Assembly: GCA_021798115.1 (NCBI GenBank)
Contig: JAJZYM010000002.1
Coordinates: 14,872-78,871 of the forward strand
Direction: 5' to 3'
Length of the DNA: 64,000 nucleotides
Source of the DNA: Pseudomonadota bacterium
GTDB lineage: Bacteria; Pseudomonadota; Gammaproteobacteria; JAKAQQ01
A model generated the notes under the pieces. The model was given only the letters and a program-made list of their open reading frames with translations, searched no databases and was not told where the DNA came from. Shown here piece by piece: positions 20,901 through 31,389 of this stretch (within the stretch, counting starts at the first letter, position 1; every line of letters starts with the position of its first letter). A program made the position numbers and the translations under genes.

Positions 20901-21009
20901 TCTCGGGCATGGTGAGAAAGGCATAGACGCCCGAGGCCAACAAGAGTGCGGCGAGAAGGATGAGGGTGCTGCGGGTTTCCCAGAGAAAGCGCAGATAGCG
21001 CGTGATCAC
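17956..21009 (-). CDS. RND efflux transporter permease subunit (CzcA/CusA/AcrB superfamily)
   Basis: About 1017 aa with 12 TM segments and two large periplasmic loops. The TM4-like segment reads GALVDHAIVIVE. A GTG start overlaps the MFP gene stop (GTGA). Confidence 0.8.
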   Translation of the reverse strand: MITRYLRFLWETRSTLILLAALLLASGVYAFLTMPESVFPPINFPKVAVLVHTENLPVRYMLVAVTRPLEDIAKGEPGVTLVRAQTGNGLSKLHVYFRHGTSAEQDYLLLQARLSHVPLPPGAAMSVRLMTPNIYPLVESALVSRRLNSSAMMATFAFTIRPALLSIPGVYHVHATGRGEPEVRVMLHARRLAQYHLSAADVVRALRAYQGPFFSGVLNAYHEQFLIATTARPRSVRALASLELPLGPPDARGLRTPIPLGALGTLRIAPPPLIREAAVAGWPHALILDISAQRGTNQTRVAAAVTRELQRLSRHLPPHMHLVSVYDLSRLIRSSLSDVWAALGLGTALTFLVILLFLGRLDAALSTLTVVPLALGATLLTLHALGFGVDIMTLGGLTAAVGALVDHAIVIVERGIHGLDEEGVEARREQALQRLRHILTLMTLATLTAIVVFLPLVFLSGTVGLLFRSMALAIVIALVTSQIIALTITPVLALWVAGHTPGHYRLWGERWLRRSYGRWLIGGVRRPWLVAPLLVVLLLITAVAAVQLPTAFLPHWDEGLFVVPFRTPAGSGPKQTLRIGRRLMAIARHDPEVKHVSLVVGRGLGNAYSTPNKGALTVQLKSRHSESTERVMQSLRRLFRRAVPDLTTLETQQIMINRLGNMSGSHAPLVIQLFGKSSRELQALAAGLTRKLEASHDFHSIVLKAPSTGPEIQIQPNAQAVMEGFAPQAIADGLKARFWGETAGFLLHGEQILPIDVHVTNPPDVTPQNLGRTLLALPDGTRAPLSLNTEMHLQGVVPYVTYQNLAPDAEIKLSPRSGEGLSVAAARAQSIIARTHLPAGVTSRIAGYYREQQTSFRHMLVILAAALLILLILLGLQFGSQRAAAVALLSVALAAPGALLLLLLTGTDLDSTAFLGVLLVFAVAVNNVILIFARARQLGGHPPRPSSVVLAARERLRPILMTMLADVFGFLPLAVGVGHGTDLLQPLALSVMGGLLLATFMTLWVAPVLYGALPQRR

Positions 21010-22016
21010 GGCCGGACGCTCACCCGTGTTCCGGGGCGCAAGCGGGTCACGCCTTTGGTGATCACCTTCGCACCGATCCGGAGTGGTCCCTGAATTTCCG
21101 CCATCCCGCGCGCGCGATAGACGATACGGACGCGGACCCTTTGCGCCCGCCCCCGGCGAATCACCCAAACGAACGCCTGTCCGCCCCGCATGACGACGGC
21201 GAACTGCGGAACTTGATAGAGATTGGGGGTCCGGATCTCAAGGGGAATCCGGAGGGTTACCCATTCCCCCGGGAGAAGAGGGCTTTCGGGCGCGATACGG
21301 ACAATGATCGGCACGAGCCCGAGCGGGCGAGCGCTCGTCCCCTGGCTTTGCACGATCCCGTGACCGCGCCAACGGCCCCTCTGGATGGCGACGACGGTCC
21401 CGTCCCGGATGCGGCGGAGATCCGCGGGCGGAAGAAGCGCGTGGATCCAGGGACGCCCGCGGCCCTGCAAGCGGGCGATCACAGTGCCCGCCCCGACCAC
21501 GGCCCCGGAGGTCACCCGATAGCGGATCATGCCCGAAAACGGAGCGGTGAGAACCGTCTCTTGCTCCTCGGCCTCGAGGCTTCGCAAGGAGGCGCGATCC
21601 TCACTGAGGAGCAGGCGACGGCGCTCGAGTGTTTCTCGGGCGATGACTCCGTCGCGGAACAATCGGCGGCTGCGACGATACTCGAGAAGCGCGTAGGTGA
21701 CTTGGGCGTGTGCGGCGCGGAGCTGCGCTGCAAGACCCGGGGGGACGATGCGGACGATACGCTCTCCCCGCCGGATGTCCCCGGCCGGAGGCAGGGGTCC
21801 TTGCAGGAGTCCCGTGACAGGCGCCGTGAGCGTGAGCGATGCCAGGCTGCGGACCTCGCCGAGGACGTCGAGGACGGGGCGTTTCGAGACAGGGCGGATC
21901 GTGGCCACCCGGATGACGAGGACTGTTCCCAGGGCCGGCGTCGAGGCCAAGAACATGACGAGAGGCACGAGAGGCAAGAGCCGCCACGGAGACCACATCG
22001 AGCGGAGGGTCCTCAT
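21006..22016 (-). CDS. efflux RND periplasmic adaptor (membrane fusion protein)
   Basis: N-terminal TM/signal segment, a beta-barrel/lipoyl-like region, and a position between the OMF and RND genes. The start overlaps the OMF stop (ATGA). Confidence 0.7.
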   Translation of the reverse strand: MRTLRSMWSPWRLLPLVPLVMFLASTPALGTVLVIRVATIRPVSKRPVLDVLGEVRSLASLTLTAPVTGLLQGPLPPAGDIRRGERIVRIVPPGLAAQLRAAHAQVTYALLEYRRSRRLFRDGVIARETLERRRLLLSEDRASLRSLEAEEQETVLTAPFSGMIRYRVTSGAVVGAGTVIARLQGRGRPWIHALLPPADLRRIRDGTVVAIQRGRWRGHGIVQSQGTSARPLGLVPIIVRIAPESPLLPGEWVTLRIPLEIRTPNLYQVPQFAVVMRGGQAFVWVIRRGRAQRVRVRIVYRARGMAEIQGPLRIGAKVITKGVTRLRPGTRVSVRP

Positions 22017-23320
22017 CGGGGAAGTCGACCTTCATCGAGCAGGAGTTGCACGCCCGCCATGCGTTCTTCGATCCGTGCGTTCGCGCCCGCGAGCTCGGCC
22101 TGGATCAGATCCCTCTGGGCCTGGCTCAGCACGAGCGCGTTGAGGGCTCCGTTCCTGAAGCCGTGGAGTGTCATCCGGTAAACCCGCCGCGCCTCTCGAG
22201 CGACCTCGGCGCTTCGGCGCGAGGACTCGAGTGCCCGACGGAAAACACCGTAATCGCGATTGATGCGCTGTCGAATCCGCAGCACCAAGGCGTTTTTGGC
22301 TTGACGCAGGGCGGAGAGATGCGCGTGGGCCGCGGCCAGACGCTCTCGATAACGCCCAAACCCGAGAAGGGGCAGGCTCAGATCGACGCCCGCCTGCCAG
22401 CCGAGGTCACGGGCCTCGGGAGCGGTGGCCGTATCCACACCGTAGGCGACATAGCCTTGGACCGCGGGCAGTGTTGCGGAGCGTTGCACCCGCACTTCGG
22501 ACCGTCCCTGCAGGATCCGTCTCCGAGCCACACGGATCAAAGGTTGAAAACGAACGGCGTTGCGCCACAGTTGCCGGAGTGGAGACGGAACGTACGGCTT
22601 TGCCGGCCACAGGACGGAGATGGAGGCCGAGGCCGGCAGGCCCAGTTCCATGTTCAACGCCCGTTTTGCGGTGGTCTCGGCGGTGCGACTCTGCGCGTAA
22701 CGCGCACGCGCCTCGATGAGGAGCAGGCGGGTCTGGACCACGTTGAGACGAGCGCTCGCCCCCGCACGATACGCCCGTCGCGTCCGTTCGTAGAGGCTCC
22801 GATCGTAGGCGACGGTTTGGTGCCAGATCGCAACGTGATTCTCGGCCAGAGCCAGTCGGAACCAGGCGTTCACAATCCGGGACGCCACCTGCAGGCGGGC
22901 CAGACGAAGCTCGCTTCGTGCCAGGTCGGCGCGGTCGCGTGCCAAACGGGAGAGAGCTCGGAGTTCTGGGGCGTACAAGGGCACGCCGACGGCGATTTCG
23001 CCAATGACCTCACGGGTCCCGTTCGCCGCAACGTAGAGCGGCTGCCCGTCCCGGCCTTGCGTCCAGATGCTCGCGCCACGCAAGAAAAGCTCCGGCAGTC
23101 GATTGGCGCGAGCTCCCCGGGCAAGATCGCTTGCGGCACGCAGATCTTCTCTGGAAGAAGCCACGGCGGCCTGCACTCTGAGGCCTCGCCGCACGGCCCG
23201 TGAGAGTGTCCACCCCGAGGCCCAGAGAGGGGCGACGATGAGCACGGGGGCCAGGAAGGCATAGATCAAAAAACGAAACGAAGTCAATATCGAGCGATGG
23301 GCTTTGTAATGCGACTGCAA
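22013..23320 (-). CDS. outer membrane efflux protein (TolC/CzcC-like OMF)
   Basis: About 435 aa, Ala/Arg/Leu-rich coiled-coil repeats typical of OMF proteins, first gene of an OMF-MFP-RND operon. The start is uncertain: TTG at 23320, or the in-frame TTG 33 nt downstream, which would give the signal peptide MTSFRFLIYAFLAPVLIVAPLWA. Confidence 0.65.
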   Translation of the reverse strand: MQSHYKAHRSILTSFRFLIYAFLAPVLIVAPLWASGWTLSRAVRRGLRVQAAVASSREDLRAASDLARGARANRLPELFLRGASIWTQGRDGQPLYVAANGTREVIGEIAVGVPLYAPELRALSRLARDRADLARSELRLARLQVASRIVNAWFRLALAENHVAIWHQTVAYDRSLYERTRRAYRAGASARLNVVQTRLLLIEARARYAQSRTAETTAKRALNMELGLPASASISVLWPAKPYVPSPLRQLWRNAVRFQPLIRVARRRILQGRSEVRVQRSATLPAVQGYVAYGVDTATAPEARDLGWQAGVDLSLPLLGFGRYRERLAAAHAHLSALRQAKNALVLRIRQRINRDYGVFRRALESSRRSAEVAREARRVYRMTLHGFRNGALNALVLSQAQRDLIQAELAGANARIEERMAGVQLLLDEGRLPR

Positions 23321-23403
23321 TCTTCATGGTTACTATACCGTACCGTGCTTTAGGCATTCGGGCGATGCCGGCATCGAAAGGGTGGGCGATCGGCTTTCCG
23401 TCC

Positions 23404-23433
23404 CAAAAAAACCGGCCACGGGGATCGTGGCCG
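23404..23433 (-). terminator. rho-independent terminator downstream of the lipoprotein gene
   Basis: On the minus strand the sequence reads CCGGCCACG-atcccc-CGTGGCCGG followed by TTTTTTT. Confidence 0.6.
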
Positions 23434-23488
23434 GAGGGAAGAGTTCTGGATTTTGGGATTGAGAGCCGACCCGAGCTCGTCGGGGGTG

Positions 23489-25291
23489 TCAGCTGAGACG
23501 CACGGCAATGCGCAGGGCGGTGAGGGTGTCCTGGGTGTTGTTGAACCCACCCTGAGCCCAGAAGGATTTGACCTCCGCTCCTCCGTTGAGGCGCATTCCG
23601 AGATCGCTCACGAAACCCGCGAAGGTCCGGTGCAGCGTGAGTGTGCCGTTTTGACGGATGAGGTAGGCGCCCGTTGCGGCGGGTTCGATCATGGGCGCTG
23701 AGGCGAGGCTGGTGAGGGCCACCCGGACGTCGCCGCGCTTGAGGACGTCGATCGTCGGGTTCGACGAGAGATTGGGGACGATCTCCCCGTCGTTCAGGGC
23801 CGTGAAGGCCGCGTTCGTTTCGCCCGGGAACCAGCTCAAAAAGACGACCGCACTGGCGTTGGCGTAGTCGGCGACGCTCACGGCGTTGAAGTCGGGCGGG
23901 GCGGATCCGTAAGGCGTCACGAATCCGGCGACCCGGACGGGATCGTTGCCCGCGAGACCGGCCAGTCCAAGAGCCCCTGTGGCCGCAACGTAATCGGAGG
24001 GATTCGCATCAAGGGCGGAGGAGGATCCCGTGCCCGCGAAGTTGAAGAGGCTTACCGGGCGGTGATCGATCGAGAGGAGATCGAGGGTGAGATCCCCGCT
24101 TCCGGTGGTGACCACCGTCCCGCGGAGAACGCTGAACCCGAGCCGGATCTCGCCGGGATCGGTGTCGAGCACCAGGGACGAAGGCGCCGTGCCCGAGACC
24201 GTCCCGAGGGCGGTGATCCGCTGCCCGACCGAGATGGCGTTGAGTGCCAGTGTGCCCATCGTCCCGTCCTGGTGGACGATCGTCCCGGGTCCGGTCGTCA
24301 CGGTGAAGAGGGTGTTGTAGGTCACGGTTCCGGTGCTCCGGACGAGAACCGCACCGAGCACCGTCAGGGACGAGCCCGAGATGGCGGTCACGGTCCCGCG
24401 CACCGCATCGAGGGTTCCGCCCGGGACGCTCGATCCGGCGTAGACGGCCGTGGCCGTGAGGGTCCCGGTCGAGGCGTCCATGGTGACCCGTGAGGAGACG
24501 GCGGCGAGCGGGGGAAGACCGCTCAGGGCCACGAGCCCCGCGTTCCCCTCGTACGTCGTGCCGTTCACGTCGTAGACGGTCGTGGGTGCGGTGGCGATCG
24601 TCACGCGTCCACCGTCCGGCCCGGTGAAGAAGGGACGGATACCGACCGTGTAGGTTTCGCTCGCAAGATCGACCGCGTCGAGCGGACCGCGCAGACGCAC
24701 CGGCTGGGAGGTGACCCCGATCGAGGCGTCGAGGAACGGCGCGACGACGACAGTGGGCGGATTCGACGTGAGATTCACGGTATTCGAGGCGTCGAGAGAA
24801 AAGTCGAGCGTCAGGAAGCGGGGTTCGCCCGGCTGCACGACGAGGTCGGCGTTGTTTCCGAACTCAATCGGGACCGAGACCGTTCCAAGCGCCTGACCCT
24901 GGCTGTTCACCGGTTCGAGGGCCACCGGTTGGCCGCTGCTCGAGACGGCCTCGATCGTGGCCTGGCTGTAGTCGAGGGTGGCCACCATCGAGGTGTAGGT
25001 GCCGGCCGGAACGGTGGCCGCATTCAGGAGGTCCGTGAGCGCATCCTCCTCCGCGAGATTGAGGGTGGCCGCCGTCGGGAGAAGGTTCACGACGGTGCCG
25101 TCGCGGCGGGTGAGCGTGAGGGACTGGATCGTCACCGTGTAATCGACGAAGTCGCCGGGGGCGTCTGTTCCACCGACGTAGACGGTCCCGGAGGAGGTGG
25201 TCGACGTCGATCCGCCGCCGCAGGCCGCGAGCGTGAGGAGCAGAGTCAGGGAAAGAAGCACACAGGCGTGCTTCCGGAGTGAGGTCTTCAT
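23489..25291 (-). CDS. DUF4382-like lipoprotein (Thr/Gly/Ser-rich)
   Basis: Signal peptide with a lipobox (LLLTLAAC|GGG) and a GGTDAPGDFVDYTVTIQSLTL motif characteristic of DUF4382. 600 aa. Confidence 0.6.
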   Translation of the reverse strand: MKTSLRKHACVLLSLTLLLTLAACGGGSTSTTSSGTVYVGGTDAPGDFVDYTVTIQSLTLTRRDGTVVNLLPTAATLNLAEEDALTDLLNAATVPAGTYTSMVATLDYSQATIEAVSSSGQPVALEPVNSQGQALGTVSVPIEFGNNADLVVQPGEPRFLTLDFSLDASNTVNLTSNPPTVVVAPFLDASIGVTSQPVRLRGPLDAVDLASETYTVGIRPFFTGPDGGRVTIATAPTTVYDVNGTTYEGNAGLVALSGLPPLAAVSSRVTMDASTGTLTATAVYAGSSVPGGTLDAVRGTVTAISGSSLTVLGAVLVRSTGTVTYNTLFTVTTGPGTIVHQDGTMGTLALNAISVGQRITALGTVSGTAPSSLVLDTDPGEIRLGFSVLRGTVVTTGSGDLTLDLLSIDHRPVSLFNFAGTGSSSALDANPSDYVAATGALGLAGLAGNDPVRVAGFVTPYGSAPPDFNAVSVADYANASAVVFLSWFPGETNAAFTALNDGEIVPNLSSNPTIDVLKRGDVRVALTSLASAPMIEPAATGAYLIRQNGTLTLHRTFAGFVSDLGMRLNGGAEVKSFWAQGGFNNTQDTLTALRIAVRLS

Positions 25292-25506
25292 GTGGAGGTT
25301 CCCCGGAGGGTTGTTCGTTACGCCTTAGAACGTCCGTCCGCGGGCGAGGTTGACACACCCGCCGTCGACTCTCTCTCCTCACTCTCTTTCGTTGAGAAGC
25401 GGACGCCGTGTTTCCCCGCGGGTCCGTTCGTGCACGCGCCCCCACGATCTTCGCACCCGGGAGCCGGGTCTTGCCACTCGGAACTGTGGAACGGCCGAGA
25501 CGGCCG

Positions 25507-26898
25507 TCAGATCACGCGCGAATAACGCGCGCGCGTCTCGGCGAGATAAGCGTCGAAGACCATGCAGACGTGACGGACCAGGAAGCGGCCGCGGTCGGTC
25601 ACGCGGAGGATCGGCCCGTCCCACTCGATGAGACCGTCCGTGCGCAGGGTCTCGAGGGCTGGACGAGAATCGGCGAAATGCTCTTCGAAATCGATCCCCG
25701 AGAGGCGTGCGAGGGTTTCTGTGTCGAGACGGAAGTCGCAGATGAGACGGGTGATGATGTGCCGGCGGAGCTTGTCCTCCGCATCGAGCCTGAGCCCGCG
25801 CTCGACGGGGAGCTTCCCGGCGTCGAGAGCGGCGTTCCACGCCTCGAGATCCTTCCGGTTCTGGCTGTAGACATCCCCGATGCTTCCGATGGCGCTCATG
25901 CCGAACCCGACGAGATCGGCTTCGCCGTGTGTCGTGTATCCCTGGAAGTTCCGGTGGAGCGTTCCCGTCGCCTGCGCGCGGACGAGATCGTCCGCGGGGA
26001 GGGCGAAGTGATCCATGCCGATGTGGACGTAGCCCGCGTTCTCGAGGGCGGCGATGCTCGTGCTCAGGATCTCGAGTTTGGCCTCGGGCGGCGGGAGTTC
26101 GGCGGCGGAGAGACGGCGTTGGGTCGGGAATAGCTCGGGGAGATGAGCGTAGTTGAAAAGGGCCAGGCGGTCGGGGCGAAGGGCAACGACGGTCGCGAGG
26201 GTCGTTGCAAAACTCTCCGGTGTCTGCCTCGGGAGCCCGTAGATGAGATCGAGGCTGAGCGAACGGAATCCGAGGCTCCGCGCCCGGGCGAGGAGTGTGG
26301 CCACGAGCTCCGGGGACTGGATGCGGTGCACCGCCTGCTGCACCTCGGGGTCGAAGTCCTGGACGCCCAGGCTCAGGCGGTTGAACCCCAAGGAGCGGAG
26401 GAAGGCGACCCCCTCGGGCTCCACGGTGCGCGGATCGATCTCGATGCCGTACTCGCCCTCATCGTCGGCGAGGAGCGGGAAGTGCCGGCGGATTGCCGCC
26501 ATGAGACGGGTGAGGTCCGCCGCTTCGAGAAAGGTGGGAGTGCCGCCCCCGAAGTGGAGCTGCACGACCGGACGGTCTTCGAGCGAGCGGCGCACGAGAG
26601 CCATCTCGCGTTCGAGCCGCCGCACGTAATCCGTCCCCCACTCGCGGTGGCGGGTGAGCACTTTCGTGCAGGCGCAGTAAAAGCAGAGATGCTCGCAGAA
26701 CGGAATGTGGACGTAGAGCGAAAGAGGCCGCCCCGAGCCGTTGCTCTCGAGAAGGGCGCGGCGGTAGGAGGCCTCGTCGAAATCGGTCCGGAAATGAGGC
26801 GCCGTCGGATAGGACGTGTAACGCGGGCCCGGGCGATCGTAACGCCGGACGAGTTCGGGATCGAAGTGTGCCGTCCCGGTGGGCCGTGTTGAGGACAC
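25507..26898 (-). CDS. hemN: oxygen-independent coproporphyrinogen III oxidase HemN (radical SAM)
   Basis: HIPFCEHLCFYCAC radical-SAM cysteine motif. 463 aa. GTG start with a GGAG Shine-Dalgarno upstream. Confidence 0.85.
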   Translation of the reverse strand: MSSTRPTGTAHFDPELVRRYDRPGPRYTSYPTAPHFRTDFDEASYRRALLESNGSGRPLSLYVHIPFCEHLCFYCACTKVLTRHREWGTDYVRRLEREMALVRRSLEDRPVVQLHFGGGTPTFLEAADLTRLMAAIRRHFPLLADDEGEYGIEIDPRTVEPEGVAFLRSLGFNRLSLGVQDFDPEVQQAVHRIQSPELVATLLARARSLGFRSLSLDLIYGLPRQTPESFATTLATVVALRPDRLALFNYAHLPELFPTQRRLSAAELPPPEAKLEILSTSIAALENAGYVHIGMDHFALPADDLVRAQATGTLHRNFQGYTTHGEADLVGFGMSAIGSIGDVYSQNRKDLEAWNAALDAGKLPVERGLRLDAEDKLRRHIITRLICDFRLDTETLARLSGIDFEEHFADSRPALETLRTDGLIEWDGPILRVTDRGRFLVRHVCMVFDAYLAETRARYSRVI

Positions 26899-26979
26899 AT
26901 CCCGCTCCGGAGGGAGACGGAAGAATTCTACTCCTTACGTTCACTTCGGAGCGTGTCTCGGCCGCGAGAGCCGCGAGCG

Positions 26980-27755
26980 TCAGCGTAGCGAGACGCCCGC
27001 TGAGAGGCCTGCGCGAAAACTCGCGCAGACTTGGCCGAACGATGCGAAGAGTCCTCGCGCGAGGCGGTCCTCGTGGTTTTCCCACTCGGGGTGCCACTGG
27101 ACGCCCAAGATCCAGTGCCGGGGCTCGGCGTCGCGCACGGCCTCGATGAGGCCGTCCGGGGAGTGCGCCTCGCTCACGAGCCCCGGCCCGAGTGTGCGGA
27201 TCCCTTGTCCGTGCAGGCTGTTGACCGTCCAGGTGTCCTGCTCGGCGATTCGCCGGAGCCAACCGTTCGCCTCGAATGCGACCTCGTGTGCCGGGCGGTA
27301 GCGCACACGTGGATCCGGGGAGTCCGGCTCGCGGTGATCGCGAAATCCTTCTTCGTGAAGGGCGGTCCAGAGGGTTCCGCCGTAGGCGACGTTGATCTCC
27401 TCGCAGCCACGGCAGATCCCGAGGAGAGGAATCCCCCGCCGACGGGCTTCCACGACGAGCGCAAGAGCCAGGGCGTCGCGCTGGGGGTCGTACGGGCCAC
27501 GGCCTTTCTCCACAGCCGTTCCGTAACGCCAGGGTTCGATGTTGGAGCTGTCGCCCGTGAGCAGAAGGCCGTCGATCTGCTCGATCCACTCGCCGAGGCC
27601 CTCGACGGGGAGCGCCCGCGGGATGAGGACGGGGATGACCTCCGCGAGATCGATGAGGGAGCGGGCGTAGGGGATCCCGAGGGCATCGAAACCCACGCCG
27701 CCTTCTTCTCCGCCCTGGCCGACCACGGCCACGAGCGGCCGCGTGGGATGGGCTC

Positions 27756-27759
<4 letters not shown>
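26980..27759 (-). CDS. class-I glutamine amidotransferase / peptidase C26 (gamma-glutamyl-GABA hydrolase PuuD-like)
   Basis: GICRG catalytic cysteine and WHPE histidine motifs. GTG start overlaps the upstream aminotransferase stop (GTGA). Confidence 0.65.
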
Positions 27760-28964
<1,205 letters not shown>

Positions 28965-29048
28965 GGCGAAGCGGTCGGGGGCCTGGGCGGGGCGTCCGCT
29001 TATCATATACGGCTTGGCTTGATCTTCCCTCGTTGCGTCGTTTTCCCC

Positions 29049-31184
29049 GTGCCTTTTCGCCTTCATGCCCCCTATGAGCCCGCGGGCGATCAGCCCGAAG
29101 CCATCGCCGCGCTCACCGAAGGCGTCCTCCAGGGGATCCCCCGTCAGGTCCTTCTCGGCGTGACTGGCTCGGGGAAGACGTTCACCCTGGCCAACGTCGT
29201 CGCGCGTCTACAGCGCCCTGCACTCGTCCTCGCGCCCAACAAGACCCTGGCGGCCCAGCTCTATGGGGAGCTCCGGGCGTTCTTCCCGGAGAACGCCGTC
29301 GAGTATTTCGTCTCTTATTACGACTACTACCAGCCCGAAGCCTACGTCCCGCAAAGCGACACGTACATCGAGAAGGACGCGACCGTGAACGAGCAGATCG
29401 AGCAGATGCGTCTTTCGGCGACGCGGGCGCTTTTTGAGCGCGACCATGTCGTGATCGTGGCCACGGTCTCGGCGATCTACGGCCTCGGCGACCCCGGATC
29501 GTACCAGGCCATGACGCTCCCGCTCGGGGTCGGAGACACGCTCGATCAACGGCGCATTCTCCGCCGCATGGCTGAGATGCAGTACAACCGTAACGACTAT
29601 GAGCTCAAGCCGGGAACGTTCCGCGTGCGCGGCGAGATCGTGGACATCCATCCCAAGGAGTCCGACAACCAGGCTCTCCGCGTGGAACTCGACGACGACA
29701 GGATTGCCTCGCTCACGCTCTTCGATCCGCTCACCGGCCGTCTGGGCCGTCGTCTCGAGCGCTATACCCTCTATCCCGGGACGCACTACGTGACGCCGCG
29801 CGAGCGGGTGCGCGCCGCGGTCGATGCGATCCGCGAGGAACTCGCCGCCCGTCTCGAGGAACTCCGTCGTGCGGGCCGACTCCTCGAAGCCGAGCGACTC
29901 GAGCAACGCACGCGTTTCGATCTCGAGATGCTGATCGAGCTTGGTTACTGCACCGGGATCGAGAATTACTCGCGTCACCTCTCGGGGCGTGCCGCGGGGC
30001 AACCCCCGCCCACGCTCTTCGACTATCTTCCGGGCAACGCGATCCTCTTCATCGACGAGAGCCACATCACGATCCCCCAGCTCCACGGGATGTATCGGGG
30101 CGATCACAGCCGCAAAGCCACTCTCGTTGAATACGGCTTCCGCCTGCCTTCGGCGCTCGACAACCGCCCGCTCATGTTCGAGGAATTCGAAAGACGGGAT
30201 ATTCCGACGATCTACGTTTCCGCAACACCGGGGCCCTACGAGCGGGCGCACGCCGTGCGGATCGTCGAACAGCTCGTGCGTCCGACGGGTCTCGTTGATC
30301 CTGAGATCGAAGTCCGCAGCGCCCGTGGCCAGGTCGAGGATCTCCTCGGTGAGGCGCGGGCACGGGCCGCCCGGGGGGAGCGCACCCTTGTGACGACCCT
30401 CACCAAACGCATGGCCGAGGATCTCCACGAATACCTGAACGAGCACGGGGTCCGCGCCCGTTATCTTCACGCCGACATCGACACCGTCGAACGAACCGAG
30501 ATCCTGACGGACCTTCGGAAGGGGGTTTTCGATGTGCTAGTCGGGATTAATCTTCTTAGAGAAGGTCTTGATCTTCCTGAGGTTTCATTGGTCGCAGTTC
30601 TGGACGCCGATAAGGAGGGCTATCTCCGTTCGGCCTCATCCCTGATCCAGACCGTGGGACGTGCTTCGCGTCATGTGGACGGACGGGCGATCTTCTACGC
30701 CGAGACCGTGACCGCGTCCATGCGTGAGGCCCTCGAGGAGACCGCACGCCGTCGCGCCCGCCAGGAAGCCTACAACGAAGCCCACGGGATCGTCCCCGTG
30801 GGGATCCGAAAGGCGGTTGGGACCGTTCTCCCGTCTCTCCCGACCGAGGACACTTCGGGGGAGGAGGCGCCGACGACCTCCGGGAAGGACGAACTTGACC
30901 CTGCCGTCTACCGCGACCCGCGGCACCTCGCTCGCGCGGTTGAAAAACTCGAACGCGAGATCCGTCGCCACGCCGAGAAGCTCGAGTTCGAAGAAGCCGC
31001 ACGGCTGCGCGATCGACTTTTCAACCTCAGGGCCAGGGCTTTCGTGGGGGTCGGTGCGGGCGAAAGCCGCGACCCGATCGGTGCGGAAGTGGAGGCTGCG
31101 ATGGGCGAGAGCCAAACCGGGGCGACGCGTGGGGGACGGACCCGACGACCGCGGGCACCTGCTCGGTTACGTTCCCGCCGTTGA
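29049..31184 (+). CDS. uvrB: excinuclease ABC subunit B
   Basis: GDQPEAI...[11 protein letters not shown] Walker A, a beta-hairpin region, the [33 protein letters not shown] helicase motif, and a C-terminal UvrC-binding helix ([11 protein letters not shown]). GTG at 29049. There is an Arg-rich C-terminal tail. Confidence 0.9.
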   Translation: MPFRLHAPYEPAGDQPEAIAALTEGVLQGIPRQVLLGVTGSGKTFTLANVVARLQRPALVLAPNKTLAAQLYGELRAFFPENAVEYFVSYYDYYQPEAYVPQSDTYIEKDATVNEQIEQMRLSATRALFERDHVVIVATVSAIYGLGDPGSYQAMTLPLGVGDTLDQRRILRRMAEMQYNRNDYELKPGTFRVRGEIVDIHPKESDNQALRVELDDDRIASLTLFDPLTGRLGRRLERYTLYPGTHYVTPRERVRAAVDAIREELAARLEELRRAGRLLEAERLEQRTRFDLEMLIELGYCTGIENYSRHLSGRAAGQPPPTLFDYLPGNAILFIDESHITIPQLHGMYRGDHSRKATLVEYGFRLPSALDNRPLMFEEFERRDIPTIYVSATPGPYERAHAVRIVEQLVRPTGLVDPEIEVRSARGQVEDLLGEARARAARGERTLVTTLTKRMAEDLHEYLNEHGVRARYLHADIDTVERTEILTDLRKGVFDVLVGINLLREGLDLPEVSLVAVLDADKEGYLRSASSLIQTVGRASRHVDGRAIFYAETVTASMREALEETARRRARQEAYNEAHGIVPVGIRKAVGTVLPSLPTEDTSGEEAPTTSGKDELDPAVYRDPRHLARAVEKLEREIRRHAEKLEFEEAARLRDRLFNLRARAFVGVGAGESRDPIGAEVEAAMGESQTGATRGGRTRRPRAPARLRSRR

Positions 31185-31312
31185 GAGACTACCCCTTGAC
31201 TTGATCGAGAGGTCTCGGTTGTGCTGTCACCGCACGACACCGATACTGGCTTTGTGATGTTATCATTAGAACGCAGTGAGGGATTCGGGACACGGGCCCG
31301 GGACCCGGAGAT

Positions 31313-31389
31313 AGGCGCGTAGCTCAGCTGGTTAGAGCACCACCTTGACATGGTGGGGGTCGTTGGTTCGAGTCCAATCGCGCCTACCA
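31313..31389 (+). tRNA. tRNA-Val (anticodon GAC)
   Basis: Manual cloverleaf: acceptor AGGCGCG/CGCGCCT, D-arm GCTC..GAGC, anticodon stem CCACC/GGTGG with loop TTGACAT, T-arm GTTGG-TTCGAGT-CCAAT, and a 3' CCA encoded. Confidence 0.85.

Noticed and set aside
31196-31270. Candidate sigma70 promoter for tRNA-Val (TTGACT at 31196)
   Set aside because: No acceptable -10 hexamer lies at 16-18 nt spacing. It is too weak to report as a feature.
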